A DNA stretch of 61,674 nt, taken from NCBI GenBank assembly GCA_001563805.1, contig LKMK01000001.1, positions 1 through 61,674 on the forward strand, read 5' to 3'. A program made the position numbers and the translations under genes. The notes under the pieces were generated by a model. That model had not been told where the DNA came from. It saw only the letters and a program-made list of their open reading frames with translations, and made no database searches. This DNA is from Natrialbaceae archaeon B1-Br10_E2g2. GTDB taxonomy: Archaea > Halobacteriota > Halobacteria > Halobacteriales > Natrialbaceae. Below, in pieces: positions 29,343-39,163 of this stretch. Numbering within the stretch: position 1 is the first letter of the stretch; every line of letters begins with the position of its first letter.

Positions 29343-30023
29343 ATGATGCTGAGCGACGTGATGGAAGACTATCTCAAGGTCATCTACCAGCTCCAGCGCG
29401 AGAGCGACGAGCGGATCAAGACCTCCGAAATCGCCGCGGAACTGGACGTCACGTCGCCGACCGTCACCAGTATGGTCGAGAAACTCGAGGACCGGGAACT
29501 CGTCGACCGCGAGAAGTACCGCGGCGTCACCCTCACCGAAGAGGGCGAGACCGTCGCGCTCGAGGTCATCCGTCACCACCGGCTGCTCGAGGCGTATCTC
29601 ACGGAACATTTAGATTACGACTGGTCCGAGGTCCACGCCGAAGCCGACCGACTCGAACACCACATCAGTGAGGACTTCGAGGCTCGCGTCGCGGACGTTC
29701 TCGGCGAGCCGGACGTCGACCCCCACGGCTCACCGATTCCGGGCGCCGACCTCGAGCCGCCCGAACGACCCGACGGCGCACCCATCAGCGAGTTCACCGA
29801 GGGCGAAACCGTCGTCGTCGAGGAGGTCGCCGACCGTGACGCCGACGTACTCGCGTATCTCGCCGATCACGGCGTCGAGCCCGGGGTCGAACTCGAGATC
29901 GTCGAGGTCGCGCCGTTCGGGATGGTGACGGCCAGGCCCACTGCCGGAGAGGATGCGGTTTCGCTTCCCGAGTCGGTCGCCCACCACGTCCGCGTCGCAC
30001 AGCCCGTTGAAGCCGACGCGTAA
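29343..30023 (+). CDS. sirR: DtxR/SirR/MntR family metal-dependent transcriptional regulator with FeoA-like C-terminal domain
   Basis: EDYLKVIY, HTH, RHHRLLE, EADRLEH, DPHGSPIP. Confidence 0.92.
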   Translation: MMLSDVMEDYLKVIYQLQRESDERIKTSEIAAELDVTSPTVTSMVEKLEDRELVDREKYRGVTLTEEGETVALEVIRHHRLLEAYLTEHLDYDWSEVHAEADRLEHHISEDFEARVADVLGEPDVDPHGSPIPGADLEPPERPDGAPISEFTEGETVVVEEVADRDADVLAYLADHGVEPGVELEIVEVAPFGMVTARPTAGEDAVSLPESVAHHVRVAQPVEADA

Positions 30024-30110
30024 CCAAAATCGTCACCGTTACGCTCTCTCTGCCGGTTGTAGCTACGATTTCGATCCACTCTAACCGCCTTTTCGGTAGA
30101 AAAGATATAT

Positions 30111-30128
30111 GTTTAGGGGCGTCTAAAC
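30111..30128. promoter_or_regulatory. Putative SirR/DtxR operator 2 beside the ZIP promoter
   Basis: Palindrome GTTTAG-GGGCGT-CTAAAC directly after the TATA-like AAAGATATAT (30101-30110). Confidence 0.7.
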
Positions 30129-30183
30129 CACTTTCAATGAGATCGATTATCGTACTCGCAGTCGCCTGGGGTGACCCGTACAG

Positions 30184-31119
30184 ATGAGTAGCCGTACGCT
30201 GTACGACCTTCCGCGGTGGGTGCTCGCGGTCGGCCCGGTCGTGATTCTGGTCGCCGTTTTCACCGTCCTCTATCTGACGTCGCCGTTCGGCGATCTCTCC
30301 GCCGTCGACGAGGCCAGCACGCTCGAGATCGTCTGGATGTTGACGATCATCGGTGCCATCGCCGGCATCATCCCGGTCGCGATCGGGATGCTCTGGTTCC
30401 CGTTCATCCGCGACCTCGAACCCCGATACCTCCATGCCTTCCTCGCGCTGGCGGCCGGGGTGCTCGTGTTCATCGCCGTCGAGATGACCGAGGACATGAT
30501 CTTCGACTACGGCCTCGAAGCCGAGAACACGACGCTCGCAGCGATCCTCGCCGTCGTCGGCGTCGGTGGCACGTTCGCGATCATGTACGCCGCGAGCAAG
30601 TGGCGCCAGCGCAAGATGGCCTCGACGGAGAAAAGCGGGCTCGAGATCGCCTACCTCGTCGCGCTCGCACTCGGCCTCCACAGCATCGGTGAGGGTCTCG
30701 GCATCGGCGTCGCCTACATCAACGGCGACGCGACGTTGCTCATGCTCCTCGTCCTGGCGTTCGTGATGCACAACGTCATGGAGGGACCGACGGTCGTCGC
30801 TGCCGTTGCTCGCGACAGGGCCACGCCGCCGCTGCGTCACTTCGCGGCGATGGGAGTCATCGCGGGCGGACCGGTTATCCTCGGCGGCTACATCGGCAGT
30901 TTCGCCCAGTCGAACCTGCTCGCCGTGTTGTTCTTCGCCATCGCGATCGGTGCCATCCTGCAGGTGCTGATCGAGGTCGCGGAACTCATCCGCTTCGACG
31001 CCGAAGCCGTCCTCACGCGGACGAACGCCGCGACGTTCGCCGTCGGCTTCGCGCTCATGTTCTTACTCGAGGACGTCCTCACGGAGGTCCTCCTCGAGGG
31101 GTGGCTCGTCCCGGCCTGA
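30184..31119 (+). CDS. ZIP family divalent metal transporter
   Basis: LGLHSIGEGLGIG and MHNVMEG metal-site helices, multiple TM segments. Confidence 0.9.
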   Translation: MSSRTLYDLPRWVLAVGPVVILVAVFTVLYLTSPFGDLSAVDEASTLEIVWMLTIIGAIAGIIPVAIGMLWFPFIRDLEPRYLHAFLALAAGVLVFIAVEMTEDMIFDYGLEAENTTLAAILAVVGVGGTFAIMYAASKWRQRKMASTEKSGLEIAYLVALALGLHSIGEGLGIGVAYINGDATLLMLLVLAFVMHNVMEGPTVVAAVARDRATPPLRHFAAMGVIAGGPVILGGYIGSFAQSNLLAVLFFAIAIGAILQVLIEVAELIRFDAEAVLTRTNAATFAVGFALMFLLEDVLTEVLLEGWLVPA

Positions 31120-31266
31120 CGCCATAGCCCCTGCTGCTATCGATCCGATCACCCACGCGACAGCAACCCGAACGGACTGACGGTCTTTCGAGAGTCGATC
31201 GGTAATCGCCAGCGTCGAAAAACCAGAACCCGCGGGTTTAAGGAATTCAAATCCGAATAATTGGCT

Positions 31267-31800
31267 ATGTCATCCATCGAATTGACGCCGAGTCAGAAAA
31301 AAATTCTCCGCGCGCTGACGAATCTCCACAAAGAGTCCGAAGATGCGATCAAAGGCGAGGACATCGCCGCACAGGTCGACCGGAACCCGGGGACGATCCG
31401 AAACCAGATGCAGAGTCTCAAAGCCCTCCAGCTCGTCGAGGGTGTACCGGGGCCGAAAGGCGGCTACAAACCCACAGCGGCCGCCTACGAGGCTCTCGAG
31501 ATCCAGCAGATGGACGATCCGGCGTCCGTCCCGCTCGAGCACGAAGGCGAACCCGTCGAAGACGTCATCGTCGAGGAGATCGACCTCTCGAGCGTTCACC
31601 ACCCCGAACTCTGCCGCGCGGAGATCCACCTGCAGGGGACGATCGGCGACATCGCCGAGGACGACCTCGTGGTCGTCGGTCCGACGCCGCTGTCGAAACT
31701 CGTCGTCGAGGGTCGCATCGACGGGAAAGACGACACCAACAACATCCTCATCCTCCGGATCGAGGACATGATCGCGCCCGCCGAAGAGCCCGACCACTGA
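31267..31800 (+). CDS. Winged-HTH transcriptional regulator (HrcA/Rrf2-like haloarchaeal family)
   Basis: IKGEDIA...RNPGTIRNQMQSLKALQLVEGVPGPKGGY; GPTP in C-terminal domain. Confidence 0.85.
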   Translation: MSSIELTPSQKKILRALTNLHKESEDAIKGEDIAAQVDRNPGTIRNQMQSLKALQLVEGVPGPKGGYKPTAAAYEALEIQQMDDPASVPLEHEGEPVEDVIVEEIDLSSVHHPELCRAEIHLQGTIGDIAEDDLVVVGPTPLSKLVVEGRIDGKDDTNNILILRIEDMIAPAEEPDH

Positions 31801-31939
31801 CCGCGATCGCGTTTTATCGACTCTCTCTCATCTGACCGACGGGGTACGTTCCTCGAGAGGCGTCGACAGTGAACGCAGCGGCAGCCGTCGACCGTGACGG
31901 TGAGACGAGACGAAAACGAGCAGTGAGAACGCGACGACG

Positions 31940-34420
31940 CTAGTCGTCGACCGGTTCGTCCGCGCCGATCGATGCTGCGGGGATGTCGTCGACGCTCGCG
32001 ACGGCGTCGCCGGCCTCGACGTCCATGACGATCACGCCCATCGTGTTACGCCCGACCGTCGAGATCTCGTCGACGCGGGTCCGGACGATCTGGCCGTTCT
32101 CGCTCATCAACACGAGGTGGTCGTCGGCGGCGACGGCCTTGACAGCCGTCACCGGTCCGTTTCGCTCACCGGTCTTGATGTCGATCAGGCCCTTCCCGTA
32201 CCGGGACTGCGTGCGGTACTCGGAGAGCAGCGTCCGCTTGCCGTAGCCGTTGCGAGTGACCGTCAACAGCGCCCGGTCGTCGTCCTCGTCGGTGGCGACC
32301 AGGCCCGCGACGGCGTCGTCGTCGGCGAGTTTGATGCCGTTGACCCCGCGGGCGTTTCGCCCCATCGCGCGGACTTCGCTCTCGTCGAATCGAATCGTCA
32401 TCCCCTGTTCCGTGGCGATGACGAGGTCGTTCGTCCCGTCGGTGACCTCGACGTCGACGAGTTCGTCGCCTTCCTCCAGGTCGGCGGCGATGATCCCCGT
32501 CGAGAGGATGTTGTCGAACTCCTCGCCGGCGGTGCGCTTGACGTAGCCGTTTCTCGTGGCCATCGTCACGTACTCGCCGTCGCCGAATGCGTCGGTGTCG
32601 ACGATCGCCGTGATGTCCTCGCCCGGATCCAGATCGAGGATGTTGACCGCCGACTTCCCTCGAGCGGTCCGGCCCATCTCGGGGATCTCGTAGGTCTTGA
32701 GTCGGTAGACCTGGCCCTGGTTCGTAAAGCACAGCAGGTAGTCGTGAGTGTTCGCCCGGAACACCGTCGTGACGCGGTCGCCCTCCTTGACGTCCGCGCC
32801 GATGATGCCCTTGCCGCCCCGACCCTGGGGGTCGAAGCCGTCGATCGGCATCCGCTTGACGTAGTCGTCTTCGGTCATGACGACGAACACCTCCTCCTCT
32901 GGGATGAGGTCCTCGTGGGTGACCGTCCCCTCGTCCTCGATGATCGAGGTCCGGCGGTCGTCGTCGTACTCGGCTTTGATCTCGCGGAGTTCCTCTTTGA
33001 TGACCGAAAGCAGCTCCGTCTCGCTCTCGAGGATGGCCGTCAGGCGTTCGATCTCGGCCTGGACGTCCTCGTACTCGTCTTCGATCTCGGCGGCCTCCAT
33101 CGACGTGAGGCTCCCGAGTTGCATCCGGACGATGTGGTCGGCCTGGTCGGCCGAGAAGTCGAACTCCTCGCGCAAACCCGCTTTCGCCGTCGACCGATTC
33201 TCGCTGTTGCGGATGAGTTCGACCACGTCCTCGACGTTCTCTAAGGCCTTCAGCCGGCCCTCGAGGATGTGTGCACGATCCTCGGCCTCCGCGAGGTCGT
33301 ACTCGCTGCGTCGGCGGACGACCTCGCGACGGTGGGCGATGTACTCCTCTAGGGTCTCCTTGAGCGAGAGGACCTTCGGCTGGCCGTCGACTAACGCGAG
33401 GTTGATGACGCCGAACGTCCGTTCCAGGTGATTCTCGAGCAGTCGATTCTTGACGATCTCGCTGTTCGCGCCGCGTTTGAGTTCGACGACGATGCGGACG
33501 CCCTCGCGGTCGGACTCGTCGCGCAGGTCGGAGATGCCCTCGAGGTCGCCTTCGTTGACGTCGTCGGCGATTCGCTCGACGAGGCGGGCCTTGTTTGACT
33601 GGAAGGGCAGTTCGGTGATGACGATACGCTCACGTCCGTTCTTCCACTCCTCGACTTCGAACTCCGCACGCACGCGGATTCGCCCGCGGCCGGTCTTGTA
33701 CGCCGAGTAAATGGCGTCTCGACCGACGATGTTGGCACCAGTCGGGAAGTCGGGTCCCTTGACGTGGTCCATCAGGTCCTCCACCGTCGCCTCGGGGGCG
33801 TCGATGAGTTCGATCGTCGCGTCGATCACCTCACCCAGGTTGTGCGGCGGGATGTTCGTGCTCATCCCGACGGCGATCCCCGACGAGCCGTTGACCAGCA
33901 GGTTCGGGAACGCCGCCGGCAGCACGTCCGGTTCCTCGAGGCGGTCGTCGTAGTTCGAGGAGAAGTCGACGGTGTCCTTGTCGATGTCCTCGAGTAGCTC
34001 CTCGGCGATGGCGGCCATGCGGGCCTCCGTGTATCGCTGGGCGGCCGGCGGATCGCCGTCCATCGAGCCGAAGTTCCCCTGGCCGTCGACGAGCGGATAG
34101 CGCATCGAGAACTCCTGGGCCATCCGGACGAGCGTGTCGTAGATCGCCTGGTCGCCGTGTGGGTGGTAATCACCCATCGTCTCCCCGACGATCGAGGACG
34201 ACTTACGGTGAGACGAGCCGCTGGTGATGCCCATCTCGCCCATCGCATACAGGATACGGCGATGGACCGGCTTCAGGCCGTCCTCGACTCTCGGGAGCGC
34301 ACGACCCGCGATGACGGACATCGCGTAGTCGATGTAGCTCTGTTCCATCTCGTCCTCGATGCGGACGTTCTCTACCGCTCGGGCCTCGATATCGGTCGGA
34401 TCGGGTACGTCTGAACTCAT
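31940..34420 (-). CDS. gyrA: DNA gyrase subunit A
   Basis: [22 protein letters not shown] catalytic Tyr, GyrA-box QGRGGKG, beta-pinwheel repeats. Confidence 0.98.
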   Translation of the reverse strand: MSSDVPDPTDIEARAVENVRIEDEMEQSYIDYAMSVIAGRALPRVEDGLKPVHRRILYAMGEMGITSGSSHRKSSSIVGETMGDYHPHGDQAIYDTLVRMAQEFSMRYPLVDGQGNFGSMDGDPPAAQRYTEARMAAIAEELLEDIDKDTVDFSSNYDDRLEEPDVLPAAFPNLLVNGSSGIAVGMSTNIPPHNLGEVIDATIELIDAPEATVEDLMDHVKGPDFPTGANIVGRDAIYSAYKTGRGRIRVRAEFEVEEWKNGRERIVITELPFQSNKARLVERIADDVNEGDLEGISDLRDESDREGVRIVVELKRGANSEIVKNRLLENHLERTFGVINLALVDGQPKVLSLKETLEEYIAHRREVVRRRSEYDLAEAEDRAHILEGRLKALENVEDVVELIRNSENRSTAKAGLREEFDFSADQADHIVRMQLGSLTSMEAAEIEDEYEDVQAEIERLTAILESETELLSVIKEELREIKAEYDDDRRTSIIEDEGTVTHEDLIPEEEVFVVMTEDDYVKRMPIDGFDPQGRGGKGIIGADVKEGDRVTTVFRANTHDYLLCFTNQGQVYRLKTYEIPEMGRTARGKSAVNILDLDPGEDITAIVDTDAFGDGEYVTMATRNGYVKRTAGEEFDNILSTGIIAADLEEGDELVDVEVTDGTNDLVIATEQGMTIRFDESEVRAMGRNARGVNGIKLADDDAVAGLVATDEDDDRALLTVTRNGYGKRTLLSEYRTQSRYGKGLIDIKTGERNGPVTAVKAVAADDHLVLMSENGQIVRTRVDEISTVGRNTMGVIVMDVEAGDAVASVDDIPAASIGADEPVDD

Positions 34421-34460
34421 GTCTTCAGTAGGTTTTGTGGTGTGGATTGCTCAGCCGACG

Positions 34461-34713
34461 AGCACTCTTTCCGTGAGAGCGTCCGCTCTGCGGACGCTCG
34501 AGCGGGCCGACGACCGACCCGGAGCGCGGCTTGCCGCGCGGAGGGGAGGGAGGAGTGCTTTTCATCGAAGCTAAGCGGGAGCGAAGCTCCCGCGAGGTCC
34601 GAGAGAGCGCATAGCGCTCTCTCGAGATTTTCCCGAGGGTCAGCGTTGCTGACCCGTGGATCGAAAGGCGCGAAGCGCCTTTCGTCATCCCGGAAGACGC
34701 GACGCGTCTTCCG
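34461..34713. repeat. Array of seven perfect short inverted repeats in the gyrB-gyrA spacer
   Basis: Hairpins at 34477-34499, 34524-34539, 34575-34593, 34600-34624, 34637-34655, 34662-34684 and 34691-34713, each checked by reverse complement. Confidence 0.92.
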
Positions 34714-34733
34714 AAAGACAGTGTAAAAGTTCG

Positions 34734-36662
34734 TTATATGTCGATCCATTCGGCCTCCGGCGCGTGGTCCTTGATGAACTGCTTGCGGGGTTCGACGGCG
34801 TCGCCCATCAGGACGGAGAACATCTTGTCCGCCGCAGCGGCGTCTTCGATCGTGATCTGCTTGAGAATACGGTTCTCCGGGTTCATCGTCGTCTCCCACA
34901 GCTGTTCGGGGTTCATCTCGCCGAGGCCCTTGAACCGCTGGACCTGCGTCGGATTGCCGTCGCATTTCTCCGCGACGATTTCGTCGCGTTCGGCGTCGGT
35001 CATCGCGTCGTAGGTCTCGCCGCGATAGCGGATGCGGTACAGCGGCGGCTGGGTCGCGTAGACGTAGCCGCCCTCGAGCAGCGGACGCATGTGCCGGTAG
35101 AAGAACGTGAGCATGAGCGTCCGGATGTGTGCCCCGTCGACGTCGGCGTCGGTCGCCATGATGATCTTCTTGTAGCGGATGTCCTCGACGTCGAACTCGT
35201 CGCCGATCCCCGCGCCGATGGCGGTGATCATGTTCCGGATCTCGTCGTTCTCGAGGATACGATCGAGCCGGTGTTTCTCGACGTTCAGGATCTTCCCCTT
35301 GATCGGGAGGACGGCCTGGAACTCGGGGTTGCGGGCCTGTTTCGCGCTGCCACCTGCGGAGTCACCCTCCGCGATGAAAATCTCGGCTTCCTCGGGGTCT
35401 TTGGTCTGACAGTCCGCGAGTTTGCCGGGCAGCGAGGTCGACTCGAGCGCCGATTTGCGGCGGGTGAGTTCCTCGGCCTTTTTGGCGGCCATCCGGGCTT
35501 TCGCGGCCTCGACGGCTTTCATGACGATCGCCTGGGCCGTATCGGGGTTCTCCTCGAAGTAGGTGCCGAGTCCCTCGTGGACGGCGCTCTCGACGATGCC
35601 TCGAACCTCGCTGTTGCCGAGTTTGGTCTTCGTCTGGCCCTCGAACTGTGGATCGGGGTGTTTGACCGAGATCACCGCCGTCAGTCCCTCGCGGATGTCC
35701 TCGCCTTTGAGGTTGTCCTCGAGGTCCGACAGCAGATCGTTGTCGTGTGCGTAATCGTTGACCGTCCGCGTGAGGGCAGTCTTGAAGCCGGTCAGGTGTG
35801 AGCCACCCTCGCGGGTGTTGATGTTGTTCGCGAAGGCGTGAATCGACCCCTGGAGCTCCTCGGTGGCCTGCATCGCCACCTCGACCTGGATGTTCTGGTC
35901 CTCGTCCTCGAAGTAGATGACGCTGGGGTGCATCGCCGAGCGCGTCTCGTTCAGGTACTCGACGAACTCCCGGATGCCGCCCTCATATTCGAAGGTCTCC
36001 TCGACGGCCCCGTCGTCGCCGACTTCGCGCTCGTCGCGGAGCGTGATCCTGACGCCGGAGTTGAGGAAGGCCAGCTCGCGCAGCCGGTTTGCGAGCGTCG
36101 TAAACGAGAAACTGTCGGCCTCGAAGATGTCGCCGTCCGGCCAGAACCGGATTTCGGTGCCGGTTCCCTCCTCGGCCTCGACGTCCCGGACCCGTTCCAT
36201 GTCGCCGTCGGGTTCGCCGCGGTCGAACGCGTGGCGGAAGACGCCGCCGTCGCGTTTGACCTCGACCTCGAGTCGCTCGGAGAGGGCGTTCACGACGCTC
36301 ACGCCGACGCCGTGGAGGCCACCGGAGACCTGGTAGGACTTGTTGTCGAACTTGCCGCCGGCGTGAAGAACCGTCAGGATCACCTCGAGTGCGGGGCGGT
36401 CGTACTCGTCGTGGGTGTCGACGGGGATCCCACGGCCGTCGTCTGCGACGCTCACCGAGTCGTCCTCGTGGATGGTGACGGTGATGTCGTCACAGTGGCC
36501 GGCCAGTGCCTCGTCGATCGAGTTGTCCACCACCTCGTAGACCAGGTGGTGAAGCCCTCGAGAATCCGTAGAGCCGATGTACATCGCGGGCCGTTTCCGT
36601 ACGGCCTCCAGGCCCTCTAGGACCTGAATTTGTCCTGCGCCGTACTCGCTTTCCTGGGACAT
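34734..36662 (-). CDS. gyrB: DNA gyrase subunit B
   Basis: VRKRPAMYIG, EVVDNSIDE, GGLHGVG, EGDSAGG, DADVDG, RFKGLGEM. Confidence 0.98.
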   Translation of the reverse strand: MSQESEYGAGQIQVLEGLEAVRKRPAMYIGSTDSRGLHHLVYEVVDNSIDEALAGHCDDITVTIHEDDSVSVADDGRGIPVDTHDEYDRPALEVILTVLHAGGKFDNKSYQVSGGLHGVGVSVVNALSERLEVEVKRDGGVFRHAFDRGEPDGDMERVRDVEAEEGTGTEIRFWPDGDIFEADSFSFTTLANRLRELAFLNSGVRITLRDEREVGDDGAVEETFEYEGGIREFVEYLNETRSAMHPSVIYFEDEDQNIQVEVAMQATEELQGSIHAFANNINTREGGSHLTGFKTALTRTVNDYAHDNDLLSDLEDNLKGEDIREGLTAVISVKHPDPQFEGQTKTKLGNSEVRGIVESAVHEGLGTYFEENPDTAQAIVMKAVEAAKARMAAKKAEELTRRKSALESTSLPGKLADCQTKDPEEAEIFIAEGDSAGGSAKQARNPEFQAVLPIKGKILNVEKHRLDRILENDEIRNMITAIGAGIGDEFDVEDIRYKKIIMATDADVDGAHIRTLMLTFFYRHMRPLLEGGYVYATQPPLYRIRYRGETYDAMTDAERDEIVAEKCDGNPTQVQRFKGLGEMNPEQLWETTMNPENRILKQITIEDAAAADKMFSVLMGDAVEPRKQFIKDHAPEAEWIDI

Positions 36663-36694
36663 GTAAAACCTGTTTTCGGGTAGTGGACGGCCAC

Positions 36695-36728
36695 TAATAA
36701 AGCTTCACGTACGCGCGCGAGCGCGCAC
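36695..36728 (-). promoter_or_regulatory. gyrB promoter: TATA box plus upstream alternating purine/pyrimidine tract
   Basis: Minus-strand TTTATTA at 36701-36695; CACGTACGCGCGCG-A-GCGCGCAC at 36706-36728. Confidence 0.55.
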
Positions 36729-36912
36729 TCGAGGCGACTCGATTTATCCCCAGCAAATGCAGGGAATTCAGAACTGAACCGGCGTGAACCGATGGGAAGT
36801 CACGCTCGAGCGACGGGTGGCCAGGGGGCTAGCTGCGACCGGCGGTCGACTCGAGGGTCGCGGAGTGTCGGCGTCGCCTCTCCGCTGGCTGCACTCGGAT
36901 TTGACACCGCGG

Positions 36913-38607
36913 TCAGCGGTCCCGGGCGCCGCCGAGGAGTCGACGCCCGCCCGACGGCGGGTTCCGATCGACGAGCGCACTGACGGAGCGTCGCACCGAG
37001 TGACTCACTTCGGCCGGGTGCGGCAGGCCGAGTCGGTACCGGAACCGGTCTTCCCGTTTGAACGGCTCGAACACGACCGGCTCCTCGAGCGTCCAGAGTC
37101 TGGCCCGCGAGCCACGAAGTCCGTGACGGTCGAGGATGGCGTTGGCGGCGCGGCGGCCGGCCTCGTTTGCGGACTCCATCGAGGCCAGATCCGAGTTCGT
37201 CCGCACGTAGTCACTCGCCAGCGTGAGGTTCTCGACGCCGACGTCCGCGGGTGGGCGATTTCGCAGCGATCCGACGGTGTTGATCAACAGCGGCGAGCGG
37301 TTCTCGACGACGTCGCCGTCCGTCGCCGCGGACGAATCGTCGATCTCGACGATCGCCGGATCGAGGAACCAGTCGACGAGCATATCGTCGGTGAGTCGCG
37401 GTTCGTCGGCGTTCAGGTGGGCTTTCAGCTGTTCCCAGATATCCGTCGAGATCTCCGCCCGCGTACACTCCCTCGCCGGTTTGTCGTAGCACATTCCCGG
37501 GGTGTCCCAGTCGGAGGCGATCACCGAGAGGACGCCCTCGACCTCGCCGTCGCTTCTCGCCTCGAGGTCGTACTCGTGCCAGAACTGTCGCTGTGAGATC
37601 GAGGTCAGCGCCCACGGCGCGTCGGCGTACACCTGGTGGCCGCGCGTCAGGTCGACGGGTTCGGAGAGGTAAAACTGGATCCCGTTCATCCACGCGGTGT
37701 CGAGGCGGTCGATCCGCCCGAGTTCCGCCGCCGCGGTCCCGAGTTCGGGCGTGACGAACGAGGGGGCGACCTCGACCGGAACCGCGAGGACGAACTCGTC
37801 GGCGTCGACCGTCTCCCCGTCGGCCAGCGTGGCGCCGGTGACGCGGCGCCCGTCGAACTCGAGGGCAGTCGCGGGGGTGTTCGCCCGGAGGTCGACCCCC
37901 AGCCGCTCGAGATAGCGCGTCCAGGGGTCGATCCAGGCGTCGCTCGTGGGCGCGTTCAACACGCGCTCGGTGGGTCGGCTGGGGTCGAGCTGGCCGAACA
38001 GCAGTTGCAGGTAGATGGTGCCGACCGTGCGGGCGCTGCCGACCTCGGGCCGCAGTGCAACGAGTGACTGGGTCGCGTAGGCCAGTCGGTCGCGAAACTC
38101 TGGCGAGCGGTTCTCGGCGTCGATGAAGGCCCACCAGGAGACGTCGTCGAACGACTCGCGACGACGCTCACAAGCGGTGAGCAGGTACAGCAGTCGCTCG
38201 AGCAAGAACGCGACGTCGTCACGGGGAAGGTCGTCGGCGAACGCCGGACGGAGGGCCTCGAGCCAGCCGCGGACGGAATCGGGCTGGCCGGTCTCGGCGA
38301 TGCGATCCGGTCGGTCGACGCTCGCGATCAGCGTCGCCTCGGTCTCGACGAGGTTGTCCGCGACCGTGCCGTTCCCGTCGGGGATCCGCGCCATCGTATC
38401 GATGACGTGGCGATAGAACGCCGGGAAGAATCGAAAGCCGTGCTCGCCCTGGAGCGAGGCGGGGCCGTCCTCGATCGGCATCGACCGGGCCTTGCCGCCG
38501 AATCGTTCTCCCGCCTCGAGGACGGTCACGTCGATCCCGCGCTCGGCGAGTTCGTGTGCCGCCGTGAGGCCGCCGATACCGCCGCCGACTACGGCAACGT
38601 GAGTCAT
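36913..38607 (-). CDS. FAD-dependent oxidoreductase (amine oxidase / hydroxysqualene dehydroxylase / carotenoid desaturase-like superfamily)
   Basis: VAVVGGGIGGLTAA, GGKARS, EHGFRFFP, C-terminal LASMESANEAGRRAAN. Confidence 0.85.
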   Translation of the reverse strand: MTHVAVVGGGIGGLTAAHELAERGIDVTVLEAGERFGGKARSMPIEDGPASLQGEHGFRFFPAFYRHVIDTMARIPDGNGTVADNLVETEATLIASVDRPDRIAETGQPDSVRGWLEALRPAFADDLPRDDVAFLLERLLYLLTACERRRESFDDVSWWAFIDAENRSPEFRDRLAYATQSLVALRPEVGSARTVGTIYLQLLFGQLDPSRPTERVLNAPTSDAWIDPWTRYLERLGVDLRANTPATALEFDGRRVTGATLADGETVDADEFVLAVPVEVAPSFVTPELGTAAAELGRIDRLDTAWMNGIQFYLSEPVDLTRGHQVYADAPWALTSISQRQFWHEYDLEARSDGEVEGVLSVIASDWDTPGMCYDKPARECTRAEISTDIWEQLKAHLNADEPRLTDDMLVDWFLDPAIVEIDDSSAATDGDVVENRSPLLINTVGSLRNRPPADVGVENLTLASDYVRTNSDLASMESANEAGRRAANAILDRHGLRGSRARLWTLEEPVVFEPFKREDRFRYRLGLPHPAEVSHSVRRSVSALVDRNPPSGGRRLLGGARDR

Positions 38608-38794
38608 CGGCGATAGTCCGGCCTGGAGGGACCTAAGGGACGCCCCTAACCACCGTCACTCCCCTTCTGAGCGACGGCCAACCGTCACGGTCGCTCGCGG
38701 ACGTTCGGACGAACGTTCACTACCGTCTCGATCGAACGAAAGTCCGTTCGGGCTCGGGTAGCAATATTTGCCGCCTGCCGTCGGAGACGGACAT

Positions 38795-39163
38795 ATGGTG
38801 CCCCAAGCCACGACCATCTCGGCGGTGCGAGCGGCGACCGATGTCCCGGTCGACGACGTCCTTCGAGCCCTCGCCGACGGCGATGCACGGACCGTGGTCG
38901 CCTTCGTGGCGACGCGGCCGGAGGTGTCGCTCGACCAGCTCGCAGGCGTCGTCGTCGGCGCGTCGGTTGCCGGCGAGGACCGAATCGCGACCCCGGCCGA
39001 GCACGACCGCACGGCGGTGAAACTCCACCACGACACGCTTCCCCGGCTCGAGGACTGCGGCTTCCTCGCGTACGACCGTGCCGAACGGCGCGTCACCGAC
39101 GCGGACGTCCCCGAACCGATCGTCGCCTTCCTCGAGGTCGACCGCGATGACGACGCTTCGTGA
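38795..39163 (+). CDS. Haloarchaeal winged-HTH protein (DUF7344-like)
   Basis: LRALAD...R, LHHDTLPRLEDCGFLAYD signature. Confidence 0.75.
   Translation: MVPQATTISAVRAATDVPVDDVLRALADGDARTVVAFVATRPEVSLDQLAGVVVGASVAGEDRIATPAEHDRTAVKLHHDTLPRLEDCGFLAYDRAERRVTDADVPEPIVAFLEVDRDDDAS

Noticed and set aside
31940-36662. Inteins in gyrA or gyrB
   Set aside because: Lengths (826 and 642 aa) and motif spacing are normal; no splice-junction or LAGLIDADG motifs seen
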